Shown in pieces: positions 29,895 through 40,084 of a stretch of DNA of 64,000 nucleotides. Each line of letters opens with the position of its first letter. The first letter of the stretch is position 1. Source of the DNA: Thermodesulfovibrionales bacterium. GTDB taxonomy: Bacteria; Nitrospirota; Thermodesulfovibrionia; Thermodesulfovibrionales; SM23-35. The DNA lies in assembly GCA_963715195.1 (NCBI GenBank), contig CAVQRT010000007.1, forward strand, positions 64,001-128,000, written 5' to 3'. A program made the position numbers and the translations under genes. The notes below the pieces were generated by a model. It worked only from the letters and a program-made list of their open reading frames with translations. It did no database searches and was not told where the DNA came from.

Positions 29895-30510
29895 CCTGTT
29901 GCCTGCCGGGCTGAAGATTATCCTTTATCTTTCATTTGTTATCTGTCTCTTTTCCCTTGAAAGTCTGCTATTCTTTGGCGTTGTTTTTGCGGTACTCTTT
30001 TTTTCCCTTCTTTTCATGATACCGGTGAAATTCATAACGAGAGGGTGGTTACCGATCTCGGTTCTCCTTCTGTTTACGTTCTGGAGCAATCTCCTCTTCC
30101 GGCATGGCAAAGTAATCTTCATCGCGGGACCTTTCATGGTGACTGCTGATGGACTGACTGATGCATCGGTCAAAACAATGAGGATAGTCTTAATGATAGC
30201 AGGCGCCAAACTGCTGACCGGCACAACTCCGATCGAATCACTCACAAGGGCTTTCGGAAGATTTTTTACCCCGCTTCAGCGTGCAGGTGTCCCGGTCAAT
30301 GAATTTGTTTCGACGATGGGGCTTACCATGCAGTCTCTCCCTGCGCTCAAGGAACAGTTTCTGGGCATATACAGGGAAAGGATTCAGAGGGAGAATATCC
30401 GGGGATTCTGGAATCGTGCGAGAGTCATCGTCGGATTTCTTATGCCGTTATTCGTCAAGAGCATGAATTCACCGGAACAGATTATGAAGCAGAACAAGAG
30501 AGATGAATAA
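29860..30510 (+). CDS. Energy-coupling factor transmembrane component T (EcfT/CbiQ-like)
   Basis: Hydrophobic N-terminal half; LLTGTTP...L...L..PL....VP; PLFV.S. TTG start at 29860 is inferred. Confidence 0.7.
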   Translation: MNSKIIRYSTGSLLPAGLKIILYLSFVICLFSLESLLFFGVVFAVLFFSLLFMIPVKFITRGWLPISVLLLFTFWSNLLFRHGKVIFIAGPFMVTADGLTDASVKTMRIVLMIAGAKLLTGTTPIESLTRAFGRFFTPLQRAGVPVNEFVSTMGLTMQSLPALKEQFLGIYRERIQRENIRGFWNRARVIVGFLMPLFVKSMNSPEQIMKQNKRDE

Positions 30511-30512
30511 AA

Positions 30513-32156
30513 GTGAAGAGATTTTATGACATTTGCACTTCATTTGATATCCTCATACGAAACGGCACTGTTTATGATGGATCAGGATCAGAACCGTATG
30601 AAGCTGACATCGGAATCACGGGAGACAGGATATCCATGATTTCAAGAAAATCAGCTACCAGTCATTGTAAACGAGAGCCCGGGGCGGGCAAAACAATTGA
30701 TGCGGAGGGCCTGAGTGTCGCTCCCGGATTTATCGATACCCATGGGCACTCTGAATTCACCCTTCTTGCTGATCCGCGGGCAGAGAGCAAAATCAGCCAG
30801 GGAATTACGAGCGAAATCAACGGAAACTGCGGTCTTTCGGCTGCTCCGCTCTTTGGAGAGGCATTGCGGCAGAGAGAAGCTGATCTGAACGAATATCATA
30901 TCAGGGAGCGCTGGACAACATTCAGAGAATATTTTGGATTGCTCGAAAAACGTGATATCGCATTAAATTTTGCGACGCTTACGGGACATGGCAATCTCCG
31001 TGCCTGTGCAGCAGGATATCAGGACAGAAAACTTTCGGAATCTGAACAAGAGACAATTTACAACCTGCTCAGGGAGTCAGTTCGTGAAGGTTCTATCGGG
31101 ATTTCAACGGGGCTCATTTATCCTCCCGGCATTTACGCAGATACAGAGGAGCTGATTGATCTCTGCAAGGCATCGATGACCTGTGCAGACAATGGTGAGT
31201 GCATTTATTCAACACATATGAGAAGCGAAGGCGACCTGCTCATCGAATCGATAGAGGAAACCATCAGTATCGCAAAAGAGTCGGGGATTAGAGTACATAT
31301 ATCTCATCTTAAAACAAGCGGAGAGGGGAACTGGGGAAAATTGGATGATGCCCTCTCGAAAATCGCACGTGCAAGGGATGAGGGATTCCGTGTTACCTTT
31401 GACCGGTATCCCTATACCGCTGCTTCAACTGACCTTGATACTGTGCTGCCTGCCTGGACGTATGAAGGCGGATCTGAACGGGAAATGCAAAGGCTCCGGC
31501 AACCGGAGACGCAATCCCGGATAAAAAGAGAAATATTGGCTGAACATCCTGAAGAGGAATACTGGGAGAAGATCCTCATAACGTCGGTCACAAATGAAAA
31601 AAACCGATGGATGGAAGGAAGGAATATTCTTGATATTGCAAAACGAGAAAAGTGCCAACCGGTTGATATGCTCCTGGGAATTCTTGCCGATGAGAACCTG
31701 AGGGTAGGGGCGATCTTTTCATCGATGAGCAAAGAAAATCTCACCAAAATACTTTCCCTGCCATACGGAATGATAGGCACTGACAGTTCAGCCCGATCTT
31801 TTGACGGTCTGACACGGAAAGGCAAACCACATCCGAGGGGATTTGGAAGCTTTCCCCGGTTTCTCGGAAGATTTGTTCGGGATATCCTTCAGATTGACTT
31901 AAGCAAAGCGTTAAGAAGAATAACGCTCCTTCCTGCCTTGACATTCGGCATATCTCAGAGAGGCATCCTTCGGGAAGGTGCATATGCTGATATTGTTATT
32001 TTTGATTCACGGAAGATCATTGACAAAGCAACATACGAAGATCCGTTTATGCAGCCGGAAGGGATGAATTATGTGATCGTCAATGGGATTCCTGCCAGAT
32101 GGGAAGGTCAATTAACCGGATTGAGGTCTGGCAGGGTATTAAGAAACGGAAGATAA
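30513..32156 (+). CDS. N-acyl-D-amino-acid deacylase (D-aminoacylase family amidohydrolase)
   Basis: APGFIDTHGHS, GNCG.S, HMRSEG, HISHLK, DRYPYTA, HPRGFGSFPRFL. Confidence 0.9.
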   Translation: MKRFYDICTSFDILIRNGTVYDGSGSEPYEADIGITGDRISMISRKSATSHCKREPGAGKTIDAEGLSVAPGFIDTHGHSEFTLLADPRAESKISQGITSEINGNCGLSAAPLFGEALRQREADLNEYHIRERWTTFREYFGLLEKRDIALNFATLTGHGNLRACAAGYQDRKLSESEQETIYNLLRESVREGSIGISTGLIYPPGIYADTEELIDLCKASMTCADNGECIYSTHMRSEGDLLIESIEETISIAKESGIRVHISHLKTSGEGNWGKLDDALSKIARARDEGFRVTFDRYPYTAASTDLDTVLPAWTYEGGSEREMQRLRQPETQSRIKREILAEHPEEEYWEKILITSVTNEKNRWMEGRNILDIAKREKCQPVDMLLGILADENLRVGAIFSSMSKENLTKILSLPYGMIGTDSSARSFDGLTRKGKPHPRGFGSFPRFLGRFVRDILQIDLSKALRRITLLPALTFGISQRGILREGAYADIVIFDSRKIIDKATYEDPFMQPEGMNYVIVNGIPARWEGQLTGLRSGRVLRNGR

Positions 32157-32161
32157 AAACG

Positions 32162-32235
32162 GTAGATAGTAGGGAGTAGACAGTAGGCAGGAAAAAATTC
32201 AGCAACTGACAACTAATGTCTGATAACCGACAGTT
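32162..32235. repeat. Degenerate heptamer tandem repeats
   Basis: gtagata gtaggga gtagaca gtaggca, then agcaact gacaact aatgtct gataacc gacagtt. Confidence 0.6.
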
Positions 32236-32944
32236 GGGAGTAAACGGGGAAGACGCAAAGAAAGTGGGCAATGCAGCATCCGGCAAACCACTCATAGGAA
32301 TTACCACTGATATTGATGGCGAATACCTGCGGCTAAGACACGATTATTGTGAGGCAGTGGTAGAGGCAGGGGGTTCCCCCCTGTTATTGCCGCCTGTTGG
32401 TGATGCAACACAGCATGCAGCGCTGATACACGGACTTCTTATACCCGGCGGGAATGATCTTGATCCTGCCTATTACCATGAAGAAGTGCATCAGAATGTC
32501 AGACCGGTGTCCAGCGTGAGAAGCAATTTCGAGATCTCTCTTCTCAGGGAAATTCTCGCCCTGAACAAGCCTGTTCTAGGCATATGCTATGGAATGCAGC
32601 TTTTGAATGTCTTTTTCGGCGGTGCTCTCTATCAGGATATTTCTACACAACTGCCTGTAGCGAGAAATCACAAAAACGGCTATCATATGGTTGTGATAAC
32701 AGAAAACAGGTTTCTCATGCAGGGTACGTTTTCTGTAAACAGCACGCATCATCAGGCGGTCAGAACCCTGGGGAACGGTCTCTCTTCATGTGCCCGTTCT
32801 GATGATCAGATAATCGAGGCTTTCTGCAAGGTAGATTATCCTTTTCTTGTCGGTGTTCAATGGCATCCGGAACGCATCCGGAAAGACACGCTTTCACAGG
32901 ATATCTTTCGGTGTTTCATCAATGCCGCGAATTTCAGGAGTTGA
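32216..32944 (+). CDS. Gamma-glutamyl-gamma-aminobutyrate hydrolase family (peptidase C26) glutamine amidotransferase
   Basis: KPLIGIT, PGGNDLDP..Y, LGICYGMQ, VNSTHHQAV, GVQWHPE. Start uncertain. Confidence 0.88.
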   Translation: MSDNRQLGVNGEDAKKVGNAASGKPLIGITTDIDGEYLRLRHDYCEAVVEAGGSPLLLPPVGDATQHAALIHGLLIPGGNDLDPAYYHEEVHQNVRPVSSVRSNFEISLLREILALNKPVLGICYGMQLLNVFFGGALYQDISTQLPVARNHKNGYHMVVITENRFLMQGTFSVNSTHHQAVRTLGNGLSSCARSDDQIIEAFCKVDYPFLVGVQWHPERIRKDTLSQDIFRCFINAANFRS

Positions 32945-33071
32945 ATTGTTTTTTGTACCGGTGTTGTTTTTTTGAATGTCCGGTATTCCGGAATGACAAG
33001 CCTTTCCTGAATACCACTGTGGATATTCAGTCATTACATCTGAATTTTTTCACCCATGGAAGGAGGAGCAT

Positions 33072-34193
33072 ATGATCAGCAGGGAAGAACTGAAGGATAT
33101 TGCGAAGATGAAGGACGACGGTGCATATTTCATAAGCCTCTACCTGAATGTCAATCCAAAGACAACCGTAAAAGACAACTATGTAATCCACGTGAAAAAC
33201 ATGCTCAGGCGGACGGCTGAAAAACTTGATAAGACCGTCACAAAAAAGGTAAAACCTGACATCGATAAAATTGAAACATATATCCTGACCAACAAGAGGG
33301 TATTCAAAAAGGGGCTTGTCATTTTCAGTTCCCATGAGAGGAAATTCTGGAAGGAATTTCACCTTGCAGTTCCGTTCAGGAATGAAATTATTGTGGATAC
33401 TAGTCCCTATGTAAAACCGCTTCTCGATGTCCTCGATAATTATCAGAGATACGCAATATTGCTCGTCGACAGGGAATCCGCACGTTTATTACTCGTCCAT
33501 CTCGGGGAAATAGAGGAGTATTCCGAGGTTCATTCAGAGGATGTTCCGGGCAGGCATAAGAAGGGTGGATGGTTTTCACTCGCTGAAAGAAGTTACGAAC
33601 GCCATATTAATTATCATGTCAGTCTCCATCTGAAGGATGTGCTCAAAGAGTTGGAGGCTTTTTTGTCCGGCGAGTACGTCGGCCGGATGATTATCGGCGG
33701 CTCGGAAGAGGCGGTACCAAAAGTTAAGGCTATGTTGCCACAGGGAATTGCTGAAAAAGTTATCGGAACATTTCAGGCGGAAATGTCGGCCAGCAGCAAA
33801 GAGATTATGAAAAAAGCTGAACCTTTGTTCCAGGAATATGAAAAAAAGAAAGAGACCGATGATATCGAAGAGCTCCTGACAAAAGCAATGAAGAATGAAA
33901 ATGCTGTTCTCGGAGTGGAGAATGTCCTGAACGCCCTGCAGGAGGGACGAATCATGAAGCTCATTGTCATGAAGGATTTTAAGCAGTCCGGATTATCCTG
34001 CAGGCAGTGCGGCTATCTGAGTGCCCAAAAAATGGCATCATGTCCATTCTGTAGCGGGGATATGCAGAAAGAAAAATATCTTATTGATCTTATTGCCCAA
34101 AAAGCGGTCGAACAGGGGGCGTTTATCGAAGTGGCCTCAGAAAACAGGAAACTGCGGGAAACCGGCAATATCGGCGCCTTCCTGAGGTTCTGA
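33072..34193 (+). CDS. Bacterial archaeo-eukaryotic release factor (aeRF1/baeRF10-like) protein
   Basis: ISLYLNV, RNase-H-fold LLVDRESAR, GGW loop, C-terminal L7Ae-like domain with CxxC..CPFC, IGAFLRF ending. Confidence 0.82.
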   Translation: MISREELKDIAKMKDDGAYFISLYLNVNPKTTVKDNYVIHVKNMLRRTAEKLDKTVTKKVKPDIDKIETYILTNKRVFKKGLVIFSSHERKFWKEFHLAVPFRNEIIVDTSPYVKPLLDVLDNYQRYAILLVDRESARLLLVHLGEIEEYSEVHSEDVPGRHKKGGWFSLAERSYERHINYHVSLHLKDVLKELEAFLSGEYVGRMIIGGSEEAVPKVKAMLPQGIAEKVIGTFQAEMSASSKEIMKKAEPLFQEYEKKKETDDIEELLTKAMKNENAVLGVENVLNALQEGRIMKLIVMKDFKQSGLSCRQCGYLSAQKMASCPFCSGDMQKEKYLIDLIAQKAVEQGAFIEVASENRKLRETGNIGAFLRF

Positions 34194-34243
34194 CAATATC
34201 ATACAATAAATCAGTCAATAGAGGACTGCTCAGGAATCTTGTA

Positions 34244-35800
34244 TTGTACTTTTGCTGTTTCCTTATTTCTGCATTTTGTTTCCTGGTCACTGTTTCGTGT
34301 TTATCCCGTAACCGTCTCCATGGTTATGTTTACTTCCGTCTGAGCGCAAACCCAACGACTCTTGATCCGGCACTGATTGTAGATGTAACGGGCGGATCAC
34401 TGGCTGCCAAGCTCTATAACGGGCTTGTGAGGATCGGGGACGATCTTGATGTCAGACCCGACATTGCAGAACACTGGAGAGTATCCCCGGATGGACGTAT
34501 TTATGTATTTACCCTGAGAAAAGGTGTGACGTTCTCAAATAAGCGCATGGTAGGGGCTGCCGATTTTAAATATTCTTTTGAAAGAATTCTCCGGCCTGCT
34601 ACCAGGTCTCCGAACACCTGGGTATTCGAAAAGATTCTGGGAGCAGACGACTTTATGAAGGGAAGGACTATCGATGTTGAAGGGATAAAGGTTCTTGATG
34701 AATATACGCTGAGCATAGAGCTCAAGCAACCGTTTGCCCCGTTCCTCAGTCTCCTGACGATGACTGCAGCGTATGTCGTTCCGCGTGAGGATGCTGAAAG
34801 ATGGGGGGTTGATTTTTCAAGTCATCCGGTCGGCACCGGCCCTTTTGTTTTACAGGAATGGCTTCCGAACAGAACAATACAGTTGGAAAGAAGGAATGAT
34901 TATTTTGATGTGCCTGCGAAAGTAAAAGGCATTCTATACCGGATTATTCCCGAAGACCTAACAGCCGTTACGGAATTCGAGATCGGAAGTATCGACATCC
35001 TGACGGTACCAGCTTCTGAATACTCACGATACAGGAACGACAAGAAAAGGCATGATCTTATCTCATCCCTACAAGGGCTCAACACCTATTATATAGGCTT
35101 TAACTGTTCCCGTCCTCCGCTCACGAATCCAAACCTGAGAAAGGCAATTTTTTATGGGATAGACAGGGAAAAGATTCTGAACACACTGTATGAAAAGCGC
35201 GGGCGTCTCGCAGCAGGCCCTGTTCCTGCCGTTATGAGAAAATGGCAGGAGCCGGCGCGTTTTCCTTTTGATCTGAAGAAGGCAAGGGAATTGATTCATC
35301 AGGAGGGAATTGCCGGCATGACGCTGAATTTTTACATTACCTCTGAGCAGGAGGTTGTTGATATCGCGGAGGTCATCCAGTACTATCTCCATGAGATAGG
35401 AATAACGGTGAGGATAAAGCAGCTTGAGTGGAGTGCGTATAAGGAAGCAATCAATCAGGGAGAACCAGACATGTTTTATCTGAGCTGGTGGGCTGATTAT
35501 CCTGACCCAGAAAATTTTCTCTATCCGCTCTTCCACTCATCCAATCATGGACCTGCAGGGAACAGAACGCGCTATACAAACAGCAGGGTGGATGCTCTCA
35601 TAGAGCAGGCAGAGGGTGAATCACTTGAAACAAAGCGGTGGCAGCTCTATAAGATGGCAGAAGATGAAATTGTATCAGACGTGCCATGGGTGTTCCTCTG
35701 GCATAAAACGGATTTTGTTGTCAGACAACCATGGATTGCGCATTATGAGATTTGCCCGATTTACAGCATGGACAAAGGGACAGAACTATCGTTTCACTGA
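34244..35800 (+). CDS. Peptide ABC transporter substrate-binding lipoprotein (family 5)
   Basis: Lipobox VSC, P.TLDP, PVGTGPF, WWADYPDPENFL. Confidence 0.9.
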   Translation: MYFCCFLISAFCFLVTVSCLSRNRLHGYVYFRLSANPTTLDPALIVDVTGGSLAAKLYNGLVRIGDDLDVRPDIAEHWRVSPDGRIYVFTLRKGVTFSNKRMVGAADFKYSFERILRPATRSPNTWVFEKILGADDFMKGRTIDVEGIKVLDEYTLSIELKQPFAPFLSLLTMTAAYVVPREDAERWGVDFSSHPVGTGPFVLQEWLPNRTIQLERRNDYFDVPAKVKGILYRIIPEDLTAVTEFEIGSIDILTVPASEYSRYRNDKKRHDLISSLQGLNTYYIGFNCSRPPLTNPNLRKAIFYGIDREKILNTLYEKRGRLAAGPVPAVMRKWQEPARFPFDLKKARELIHQEGIAGMTLNFYITSEQEVVDIAEVIQYYLHEIGITVRIKQLEWSAYKEAINQGEPDMFYLSWWADYPDPENFLYPLFHSSNHGPAGNRTRYTNSRVDALIEQAEGESLETKRWQLYKMAEDEIVSDVPWVFLWHKTDFVVRQPWIAHYEICPIYSMDKGTELSFH

Positions 35801-35827
35801 GTACATGGTGAAAACGTCGTTTGAGAA

Positions 35828-36760
35828 ATGAAGACTTATCTGATTAAGCGCGTACTTTTTCTTATTCCCCTTTTGTTGGGAGTCACACTCCTGACATTTA
35901 CCCTCACGAAAGCTCTGCCCGGTGATCCCGTATTCAGTCTTGTCGGGGAAAGGGCGGACCCCGGGGTGATCGAAAAGATACGAAAAGAGCTGGGTTCAGA
36001 AAAAGATATTGTAGGACAGTATCTTGGATATCTGAAATTACTCATACGTGGTGAATTCGGACGCTCTTACCATACAAACAGAAGGGTCTTTGATGATATT
36101 AAAATGAAATTTCCGAATACCTTGAAGCTTGCCGTGGGAGCGATGATGATCGCAGTGCCCGCAGGGTTGCTTTTCGGTTTTGTTGCCGCACAAAAGAGAG
36201 GCAAGCTTCTTGACAGGATAATTTCAGTTTTTTCTGTTTCCGGCATGAGCCTGCCGGTGTTCTGGAGCGGGCTTTTGCTTATGTTTGTTTTCAGTCTGCA
36301 ATGGAAAATACTGCCACCGTCCGGGACCGGAGGCCTGCAGTATTTGATACTCCCTGCACTGACGCTCTCGCTTCCTGCCCTGGGGATTTTATCGAGGATT
36401 ACCAGAACGACGGTACTGGAAATAATTGATGCGCCGTTTGTCAAAACTGCGCAGGCAAAGGGAATAAAGGAGCTGAAGATTCAGCTTGTTCATGTTTTCA
36501 GGAATGCACTGATACCCATAACAACGGTTATAGGTCTTGAGTTCGCAAGCTATCTGAATGGAGCCGTTCTGACAGAGACGATATTCGGGTGGGACGGCAT
36601 AGGGAGATTTACCGTGGAGGGAATTATCAAAAGGGATTACCCGGTAATTATGGGATGCGTCATCACCGGAACACTCGTCTTCATTGGCATCAATCTGTTG
36701 GTTGATATTCTTTATCACTATCTTGATCCGAGAGTGAGGATTGATGGAAGGAACAGGTAA
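35828..36760 (+). CDS. Peptide ABC transporter permease (DppB/OppB-like)
   Basis: LPGDP, TA.AKG EAA-loop, ETIFGWDGIG, RDYPV. Confidence 0.92.
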   Translation: MKTYLIKRVLFLIPLLLGVTLLTFTLTKALPGDPVFSLVGERADPGVIEKIRKELGSEKDIVGQYLGYLKLLIRGEFGRSYHTNRRVFDDIKMKFPNTLKLAVGAMMIAVPAGLLFGFVAAQKRGKLLDRIISVFSVSGMSLPVFWSGLLLMFVFSLQWKILPPSGTGGLQYLILPALTLSLPALGILSRITRTTVLEIIDAPFVKTAQAKGIKELKIQLVHVFRNALIPITTVIGLEFASYLNGAVLTETIFGWDGIGRFTVEGIIKRDYPVIMGCVITGTLVFIGINLLVDILYHYLDPRVRIDGRNR

Positions 36761-37553
36761 GTTGTGCGCGGCAGCCCTGGTTTTCATTGCTCTCCTGTCG
36801 CTTTTTGCCCCTGTTATATCAAGCTACGATCCAAACGGCATAGATCTTGACAGTCTCAGGAGGCCGCCCGGTCCTGAACATTTTCTGGGGACTGACAATA
36901 AGGGACGGGATGTATTCACCAGGATACTTTACGGAGGAAGGATTTCATTGGGTATAGCGGCAACCGCTGCTTTTTTCTCCCTCCTTATCGGAATGATTCT
37001 TGGTCTCTGTTCAGGATATTTCGGCGGAAAGGTCGACCTGCTTCTTATGGCAGTGGTGGACCTGGTTCTCTCTTTCCCTGCGCTGCTCCTCGCGATCGGC
37101 ATCGGCATACTTTTCCCATCCGGCATTCATACTGTAGTGATTGCAATCGTTACAGTCGGGTGGGCTTCTTTTGCGAGAATCATCAGGGGACAGATCCTCA
37201 TGCTCAGGGAGGCTGCATTTATCGAATCGGCCCGTTCGGTTGGCTGCAGTCATGCAAGGATACTCTTTCGCCATCTCCTGCCGCAGTGTATCCCGGTAAT
37301 GCTTGTTATGGCGGGAATGAAAATCGGTAGTTTTATCCTAACGGAATCATCACTGAGCTTTCTGGGATTGGGGGCACAGCCCCCCACGGCAACGTGGGGT
37401 TCGATGATCAGTGCGAACAGGGTTTATATTGCATCAGCTCCCTGGATGGTACTCTTCCCGGGGGCTATGATTGCGCTGACCGTGTTCTGCTGTAATATCC
37501 TCGGTGATATTTTGAGAGACCGGTACGGATTGAACATAAAGGGGAGGATATGA
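36741..37553 (+). CDS. Peptide ABC transporter permease (DppC/OppC-like)
   Basis: LGTDNKGRD, FIESARSVG, ESSLSFLGLG.QPP..TWG. Confidence 0.92.
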   Translation: MMEGTGKLCAAALVFIALLSLFAPVISSYDPNGIDLDSLRRPPGPEHFLGTDNKGRDVFTRILYGGRISLGIAATAAFFSLLIGMILGLCSGYFGGKVDLLLMAVVDLVLSFPALLLAIGIGILFPSGIHTVVIAIVTVGWASFARIIRGQILMLREAAFIESARSVGCSHARILFRHLLPQCIPVMLVMAGMKIGSFILTESSLSFLGLGAQPPTATWGSMISANRVYIASAPWMVLFPGAMIALTVFCCNILGDILRDRYGLNIKGRI

Positions 37554-37571
37554 CCGTCTCAACGAAACGGA

Positions 37572-38078
37572 TTACGCTTCCCGGAGTTTTTCTTCCTCTT
37601 CCTCGAGTATTTTGCATTCGATGCACATCGTTGTGACCGGTCTTGCTTCAAGGCGTCTGATATGTATCGGCTCCCCGCATCTCTCACATATGCCGAACAC
37701 ATTCTGATCAATTCTCTCGATAGCTTCATCAATCTTTTTTAACAGCTTCCGCTCCCGCCCGCGCAAGCGCAGCATAAAGTTTCTGTCTATTTCTGCAGTT
37801 GCCTGATCACCGAGATCGGGGAATACCGTAGGTCCCGGGAGCTCATTCAGCGTTTCAATGGCGCCAATGAGGAGAGATTTTTTCTGTTCAAGGAGTTTCC
37901 TTCTGATCTCCTGAACTTTCTTTTCCCTTGGACTGATTGTCTTCGCGGATACTTTTCTTACCTGTTTGACAGGCTTTGATTTTGGCTGTTTTCTTGTCGT
38001 TGTCGTTTTAGTGACTTTCGGCTTCATCTTAGTTTTAACAGTCTGCTTTTTCGATTTCGCTGGCTGTTTCTTTGGCAT
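37572..38078 (-). CDS. dksA: RNA polymerase-binding protein DksA with Lys-rich N-terminus
   Basis: PD..DQAT.E coiled-coil tip, CERC...RRLEARP....CIEC. Confidence 0.9.
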   Translation of the reverse strand: MPKKQPAKSKKQTVKTKMKPKVTKTTTTRKQPKSKPVKQVRKVSAKTISPREKKVQEIRRKLLEQKKSLLIGAIETLNELPGPTVFPDLGDQATAEIDRNFMLRLRGRERKLLKKIDEAIERIDQNVFGICERCGEPIHIRRLEARPVTTMCIECKILEEEEEKLREA

Positions 38079-38309
38079 ACAAACTCCTCAAAATAAAAAG
38101 TAATTTATAGATTAACAGAAGTAAACTGTCTTCGTCAACGAGACTTCGCAGGGCGTCAATAATTCTTGATTTTTCGACAGGTGCTATGCGATACTATGCT
38201 CGAAGTATCGGAAGTATTGATGTATGTAGCTTCAAGGACTTTGGACTTTGTAGCTCCCATACCATGATTCCGTAAGCTTCTATTCTTATTATCAAGGAGG
38301 TGTGGCAGT

Positions 38310-38510
38310 ATGGTCAATGGAACCGTGAAATGGTTCAACGAGTCCAAAGGCTTTGGATTCATTACCAAGGAAGACGGCGGAGATGTGTTCGTGCATTATT
38401 CAGCCATTCAGGGTAACGGATTCAAAACACTGGCCGAGGGTCAGGCGGTAAGCTTTGAAGTTGTTGACGGCCCGAAAGGTCCCAAAGCAGAAAACGTCAC
38501 AAAAATCTAA
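38310..38510 (+). CDS. Cold-shock protein
   Basis: [22 protein letters not shown]. Confidence 0.97.
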   Translation: MVNGTVKWFNESKGFGFITKEDGGDVFVHYSAIQGNGFKTLAEGQAVSFEVVDGPKGPKAENVTKI

Positions 38511-38519
38511 CCAAAAAAC

Positions 38520-38547
38520 TGCGGGTCTCGTTTACACGGGACCCGCA
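38520..38547 (+). terminator. Hairpin after the cold-shock gene
   Basis: tgcgggtctcg-tttaca-cgggacccgca with one G.U pair on the + strand; no U-tract on this strand. Confidence 0.55.
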
Positions 38548-38590
38548 AATCAAAATCCTCTGTCAAGCAATCTCCTCAAGCATTCTTATT

Positions 38591-39106
38591 ATGGAATCAG
38601 ATGAACTGTTGGAAGTAGTCGACTATAAGGGTAATGTGATTGCATGTGCGCCGAGGAAGAGTATCCATGGCGATCCTTCTCTGATGCACAGAGTAGTCCA
38701 TGTCCTCGTGATTAACAAGAATGGAGATATTCTTTTACAAAAACGCTCACAGAAAAAAGATGTTGCTCCCGGGAAATGGGATACATCTGTTGGCGGACAC
38801 GTGTGCATGGGTGAGGATTTGCTCTCCTCTTCCAAAAGAGAGATGCACGAAGAACTCGGCATCACCGGATACGAACCGGAGTATCTGTATTCCTATATTC
38901 ACAGGAGCGAATTTGAGACTGAAATGGTTACATCATTTTACTGTTTCTGTGAACGCGGGTTTTCATTCAACCGAGAAGAGATCGACGATCTGCGATTCTG
39001 GAGTCGTGAAGAGATTGAAAACGCGATGGGAATGCAGATTCTGAGCGAAAACTTCGAGCACGAATTCAGGACATACAAGGGGTTTTTGGGAAACAATATT
39101 TTTTAA
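38591..39106 (+). CDS. NUDIX hydrolase (IDI/YfcD-like)
   Basis: HRVVHV, QKRS..K...PG.WD.SVGGH...GE......REMHEELGI. Confidence 0.88.
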   Translation: MESDELLEVVDYKGNVIACAPRKSIHGDPSLMHRVVHVLVINKNGDILLQKRSQKKDVAPGKWDTSVGGHVCMGEDLLSSSKREMHEELGITGYEPEYLYSYIHRSEFETEMVTSFYCFCERGFSFNREEIDDLRFWSREEIENAMGMQILSENFEHEFRTYKGFLGNNIF

Positions 39107-39115
39107 GATGGAGTT

Positions 39116-40069
39116 CTATCTTGGTGGTTCGTATAGAATATCTTTGATCTCAGCAGGTGGGCTTTCTCTTTGCGGGCCGAGCGCAGTGACCCGGTAATTT
39201 CTCTTTGCGGTAATATCCTCTCTGTCGACGAAAGACGGAGTATAGGTAAAACCTAACAGTACATATCCTTTCTGTTTATCTGCCTCCCTGTAAACCCTGT
39301 ACCCGGTTACCCAGGTTTCAGGGGGTTCTTTCCATATCAGAAAAATCCTTTCTGCTGTAGGGACCGCAATAAGATTCTGGGGTGCTGAAGGAATAAATGC
39401 AAGAGGATTTACCTCGAGTTCTTCTGAATGGGGGCCTTCGTCCCGTATTGCGCTTCCCGCGGAACTTCTGACCGTATAAAAAACGGTACGGTTGATATCA
39501 AATGAATCACGAAAAGATGTCTCCTTCAGTGGCTGTGAATTCAACGGAGTGAGAGTGTACTGTCCTTTTTGGGCACTTTTATAAATGTTAAAATATTGTG
39601 TTTCATCTGAGCTTTCCCAACTGAGAGTGAGTATCTCGTGATGCACTTCAAACGTGAGGTTTACCGGTGGGGGAGGCGGAGGAAGCGGTTTAATACTGAG
39701 AATCACCGAATCATTTGTAATGCCCTTGAGATTTTCCGAGAGGATTCTGTAATGATATTCCTTTCCAGGAGAAAAATTAGTATCTGTGTATACACGTTTG
39801 TCCCTTTCAATGAATGCGATTTTTCGAAAATCACCATCTGATGACTTCATGAGATGGAAGCCTTTGATACCCTGTTCTGTCATTTTCGGGAACTCCCACG
39901 ACATGATGATCTCTGATTCCCTGTGAATTGCTTTCAAACCAGAAGGGGCATCAGGTTTTTCGTATGACTTGAGTGACGGGTCCCCCTTTCTCCCGCAAGC
40001 CGGAAGAAGCAAAAAAAGGAGACAGGAAAACAATAAAAATACATTGCTATTTCTTGAGTTTGTCATCAT
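39116..40069 (-). CDS. Fibronectin type III repeat lipoprotein
   Basis: Lipobox LPACGRKGDP, three FN3-like repeats. The upstream ORF extension lies inside a repeat. Confidence 0.78.
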   Translation of the reverse strand: MMTNSRNSNVFLLFSCLLFLLLPACGRKGDPSLKSYEKPDAPSGLKAIHRESEIIMSWEFPKMTEQGIKGFHLMKSSDGDFRKIAFIERDKRVYTDTNFSPGKEYHYRILSENLKGITNDSVILSIKPLPPPPPPVNLTFEVHHEILTLSWESSDETQYFNIYKSAQKGQYTLTPLNSQPLKETSFRDSFDINRTVFYTVRSSAGSAIRDEGPHSEELEVNPLAFIPSAPQNLIAVPTAERIFLIWKEPPETWVTGYRVYREADKQKGYVLLGFTYTPSFVDREDITAKRNYRVTALGPQRESPPAEIKDILYEPPR

Positions 40070-40084
40070 CTGTCCAGACCAGTT

